Positions 49,826 through 52,169 of a DNA stretch of 52,169 nucleotides are shown piece after piece (within the stretch, counting starts at the first letter, position 1; each line of letters starts with the position of its first letter). The stretch is taken from the NCBI GenBank assembly GCA_035496715.1, contig DATJEK010000131.1, positions 1 through 52,169 of the forward strand, in the 5' to 3' direction. The notes beneath the pieces were generated by a model. That model searched no databases, had not been told where the DNA came from, and was given only the letters and a program-made list of their open reading frames with translations. Made by a program: the position numbers and the translations under genes. Source of the stretch: Candidatus Eiseniibacteriota bacterium. GTDB lineage: Bacteria; Omnitrophota; Gorgyraeia; 2-02-FULL-51-18.

Positions 49826-49975
49826 GAAATAGAGAGGTGTCTATTTTTTTTAAACTCAACCGGTTGGCGGTATGTGCTTTGTCGATCGGCAATTACGTAC
49901 GTTTTGGAGAAGTATGCCTGATCCCATTCTCAAATACAAATCGGAATCGAGGCGGCCCCGAGAGGGAGAATAAGC
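49826..49975 (-). promoter_or_regulatory. AT-rich intergenic island upstream of giant gene 2 (promoter/5' leader region)
   Basis: 150 nt of AT-rich sequence lie between the panE stop (49976) and the longest-ORF start. The AT-richness continues into the first ~50 nt of the ORF, so the true start may lie further downstream. Confidence 0.3.
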
Positions 49976-50935
49976 TTATTTAAGCGTATTTAAGCCCGGC
50001 TGAGCGGATTTGCGGAGGATTTCTTCATAGATTCGTCGATTGGCGGGCACGGGAATCCCCGCCGATTCGGCCAGGCGGACGATGGCGCCGTTCAGCGCGT
50101 CGATATCGGTTCGCTTTCCGCGGCGCAGGTCCTGGAGCATGGACGGCAGATGCGCGGCGGTGCTGGGAATGAGCCTGCCCTCCAGGAGCTCGAGGTAAGC
50201 CTCGGCCGAGGGCGGCTCCAGATCGAGCCCCTTCTTCGCCGCGACGGCATAGCATTCCCGGACGGTCTCGCGCATCCAGGCGCGGGTGGCGTCGTTTTTC
50301 AGGATCTCGCCGTAGGGCATCTCGCCCAGCGTGCAGATGCCGTTCAGCGCGCAGTTGTAGACGACTTTGGCCCAGATCCGCTTCTCGATGTCCTCGACGG
50401 CGACCGATGGGATCTTCGCGGTCGAGAAGGTCTGGGCCGCGCGCACGGCGCTGAGCTTCGGACGGGCCCCGGGAAGCGCGCCGACGGCGACGGGCTCCGC
50501 GATCACCGTGACGCGCGCCGTGCCCGGCGTCGTCTCGACGCCGAAGATCACCCGCCCGGCGAGAAACCGGTCCGCACTCACTTTCTCGAGGATCGTTTCG
50601 ATGTTTCCCAGGCCGTTCTGCAGAGACACGAGCACCGTGTCTTCCTTCATGAGCGGCAGGAGTTCCTCGACCGCACGCCGGGTGTCGTAGGACTTCACGG
50701 TGAGGAGGATGAGATCGAAGGACGCCTTCGAGCGCGCCAGTTCCGCGGCGTTGGTTTCGAGGTCGAACGCCTTGATCCGGTAGTCCCCCCAGATGCCGGT
50801 GATCGTGAGACCGTTCTTGCGGATCGCGTCGAGGTGCCACGCCCTTCCCAGCAGTGTCACCTCGTGGCCGGTGCGTGCCAGAAAGCCGCCGAACACGCTG
50901 CCGACGCCGCCCGCGCCGAAGACGAGGATCTTCAC
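49976..50935 (-). CDS. panE: 2-dehydropantoate 2-reductase (ApbA/PanE family)
   Basis: KILVFGAGGVGSVFGG is a Rossmann motif, and LLTVKSYD, SLQNGLGN and SMLQDLRRGKRTDIDALNG are typical of PanE. The likely start is GTG 50935, forming a GTGA overlap with the queC stop. Confidence 0.8.
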   Translation of the reverse strand: MKILVFGAGGVGSVFGGFLARTGHEVTLLGRAWHLDAIRKNGLTITGIWGDYRIKAFDLETNAAELARSKASFDLILLTVKSYDTRRAVEELLPLMKEDTVLVSLQNGLGNIETILEKVSADRFLAGRVIFGVETTPGTARVTVIAEPVAVGALPGARPKLSAVRAAQTFSTAKIPSVAVEDIEKRIWAKVVYNCALNGICTLGEMPYGEILKNDATRAWMRETVRECYAVAAKKGLDLEPPSAEAYLELLEGRLIPSTAAHLPSMLQDLRRGKRTDIDALNGAIVRLAESAGIPVPANRRIYEEILRKSAQPGLNTLK

Positions 50936-51603
50936 GGGGTCCGCCCGGCGGCAAGAAACGCCTTCCGGCGTTCCGCGCACTTGTTGCAGGCGCCGCAGGG
51001 GCGCAGGCCCCGGGGCCGGATGCAGGAAAAGGTGAGCTCGAGCGGCATCGCCCGTCCCCCCACCCGCGCGCCCCGGCGGATGACGTCCGACTTCTTCAGC
51101 GCGGCGAACGGCGCCCGCAGGCGGATCCGGCGCCCGAGGCCCTCCGAGAGAGCGGCGGACATTTTACGAAGGAAGTCCGGCGAGCTGTCCGCGAAGGGAT
51201 TGCCCTTGAGCACGCCGATCTCGACGGCGGAAGCGCCCACGACCGCCGCATGGCAGGCGGCGGCCGAGAAGAGCGCGACGTTGCGTCCGGGCAGGTAAAC
51301 GGCGCGGTCGGCTGAGCGCGCCCCCGGCACCTCGCCGGACGTGCTCCAATGCCGGCCGTAGATGCCGGCCAGATCCAGGCGGAGGATCTTGAGGGGGGCG
51401 AGACGGCGCCCCGGGGCGGCGGCTGAGAGCGCTTTCAAGTATCGCCGGAGCCAGTGAAGCTCGGCGGTTTCCCAGCGCAGCCCCCCGCGGACGTACACCG
51501 GATGGACGCGCCGGGACCTCCCGAGCGCGCCGGCCAGGAGCGCCGCGCTCTCCACGCCGCCGGAGACCAGCACGCACACGGATTCGCGCGAAACGCCGCT
51601 CAA
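50932..51603 (-). CDS. queC: 7-cyano-7-deazaguanine synthase
   Basis: It has the PP-loop VLVSGGVESAAL and the C-terminal Cys cluster SCIRP..CGACNKCAERR. The likely start is TTG 51603, forming a TTGA overlap with the phoU stop. The upstream part of ORF 50932..51837 overlaps phoU and is rejected. Confidence 0.8.
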   Translation of the reverse strand: MSGVSRESVCVLVSGGVESAALLAGALGRSRRVHPVYVRGGLRWETAELHWLRRYLKALSAAAPGRRLAPLKILRLDLAGIYGRHWSTSGEVPGARSADRAVYLPGRNVALFSAAACHAAVVGASAVEIGVLKGNPFADSSPDFLRKMSAALSEGLGRRIRLRAPFAALKKSDVIRRGARVGGRAMPLELTFSCIRPRGLRPCGACNKCAERRKAFLAAGRTP

Positions 51604-52169
51604 TGCGCGGACGGCCCCGTCTCTTCGTCGAGGTGATGTTTGACGTTCTTGCCCTGCACGATGAAGATCACGTCCTCGCTGATGTTCGTGGCGTGGTCGG
51701 CGATGCGCTCGAGGTTGCGGCTGATGAGGATGAGGTCGACGGCGCGCTGGATGCTCTTGGGGTCCTGCATCATATAGGTTAGGAGCTCCCGGAAGACCTG
51801 TTCGTTGATGCGGTCGACGGCGTCGTCGTCGAGACACACCTCTTTGGCGAGCGCCGCGTCCTGGTTCACGAAGGCCTCGAGGCTGTTCCGGATCATCTTC
51901 TGCGCGAGGCCCGCCATGTGCGGGATGTCGATGAGCGGTTTGAGCGGAGGCTCTTTCAGGAGGTAGAGCGCGGTTTCCGAGATGTTGCAGGCCTGGTCGG
52001 CGACGCGCTCGAGGTCGTTGTTGATCTTGAGGATCGCCGTGAGGAGGCGCAGGTCGCGCGCGATCGGCTGGCGCAGGGCCAGGAGTCTCAGGACCGAGTC
52101 CTCGATCTCGACTTCGGCGCGGTTCACCGTCTCTTCGAGACGGAAGACGTCCTCGGCCCGGGCCGGCTC
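51600..52169 (-). CDS. phoU: phosphate signalling regulator PhoU (5' end beyond the right window edge)
   Basis: It has two PhoU repeats (QPIARDLR..NNDLERVADQA and ISRNLERIADHATNI). The frame stays open upstream of the track start through 52169 (EPARAEDVFRLEET). Confidence 0.85.
   Translation of the reverse strand, partial: EPARAEDVFRLEETVNRAEVEIEDSVLRLLALRQPIARDLRLLTAILKINNDLERVADQACNISETALYLLKEPPLKPLIDIPHMAGLAQKMIRNSLEAFVNQDAALAKEVCLDDDAVDRINEQVFRELLTYMMQDPKSIQRAVDLILISRNLERIADHATNISEDVIFIVQGKNVKHHLDEETGPSAH

Noticed and set aside
49410-49760. 116-aa minus-strand ORF starting at the ATG that follows the AGGAGA SD-like sequence
   Set aside because: It lies entirely within giant 2 in another frame and has an Arg/Gly/Pro-rich composition. 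I kept it only as part of the start-site ambiguity note, not as a gene.
37829-49789. 3,986-aa plus-strand ORF, and similar plus-strand ORFs at 8056..14703 (2,215 aa), 19082..25102 (2,006 aa), 30551..37366 (2,271 aa), 14728..16260, 25175..26884, 26966..28627 and 28904..30451
   Set aside because: They are antisense to the giant genes. Their translations are monotonous R/G/D/E/A/P/V-rich strings with no family motifs, as expected for stop-poor antisense frames in GC-rich DNA. The minus strand carries many verified domain signatures in a single frame.
17687-49825. Looked for a C80-type cysteine protease domain (as in MARTX or TcdA/B) that would explain Leu|small-residue junctions
   Set aside because: Only 7 Cys exist in the whole protein, and none sits in a His..Cys dyad context resembling a CPD. 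The MARTX analogy therefore applies only to the cleavage-site logic, not to the protease.
8146-49825. Possibility that the recurring motif reflects a DNA-level repeat, CRISPR-like array or recombination site
   Set aside because: The 15-nt motif sequences differ at synonymous positions, the spacing is irregular (333 to 3,201 nt), and the flanking DNA is unrelated. The conservation is at the peptide level.
50932-51837. Full-length 301-aa version of the queC ORF, and ORFs 50025..50954 and 50150..51298
   Set aside because: The N-terminal 78 codons of the long queC ORF overlap phoU and are Arg/Pro-rich. The QueC-like sequence starts near 51603. The other two are out-of-frame or antisense shadows of panE and queC.

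Overview
Visibly GC-rich bacterial chromosomal segment. All 15 genes I can support lie on the minus strand, mostly with tiny gaps or 4-nt start/stop overlaps. The left flank (1-8036) is housekeeping: pyk (partial, not in the ORF track), a secreted thioredoxin-fold protein, a SulP/STAS transporter, small secreted proteins, PgeF/YfiH, a D-Ala-D-Ala dipeptidase, a DEDD exonuclease and ilvD. The right flank (49976-52169) holds panE, queC and phoU (partial). The central 41.7 kb is two adjacent giant genes, 8146-17430/17478 (about 3,100 aa) and 17687-49825 (10,712 aa), each preceded by an AT-rich island. The two giants share a signal-peptide-bearing N-terminal domain of about 580 aa and a C-terminal domain of about 340 aa, but carry different interiors. 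The smaller one carries a two-TM hairpin plus a YD-repeat-like region. The larger one carries more than 20 unrelated modules: acyltransferase+GHKL ATPase, HIT/GalT-like nucleotidyltransferase, NagB+LmbE-like, GNAT, Fic, 2-hydroxyacid dehydrogenase, two protein kinases, an HExxH module, a two-TM hairpin, a PARP-like H-Y-E module, amidoligase+WD40, a PEP-utilising enzyme and many unrecognisable modules. The key observation is that the peptide G-A-R-L-[A/S/G] occurs 25 times in the large protein and 3 times in the small one. It always falls between recognisable domains and never inside them, it has non-conserved flanks, and it uses varied synonymous codons. My main hypothesis is that these are bacterial polyprotein-like multi-effector proteins whose modules are separated by conserved processing or junction sites. 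This is inference, untested, and I cannot verify novelty from here. The long plus-strand ORFs are antisense artefacts of high GC. I saw no rRNA, tRNA, CRISPR array or mobile element.
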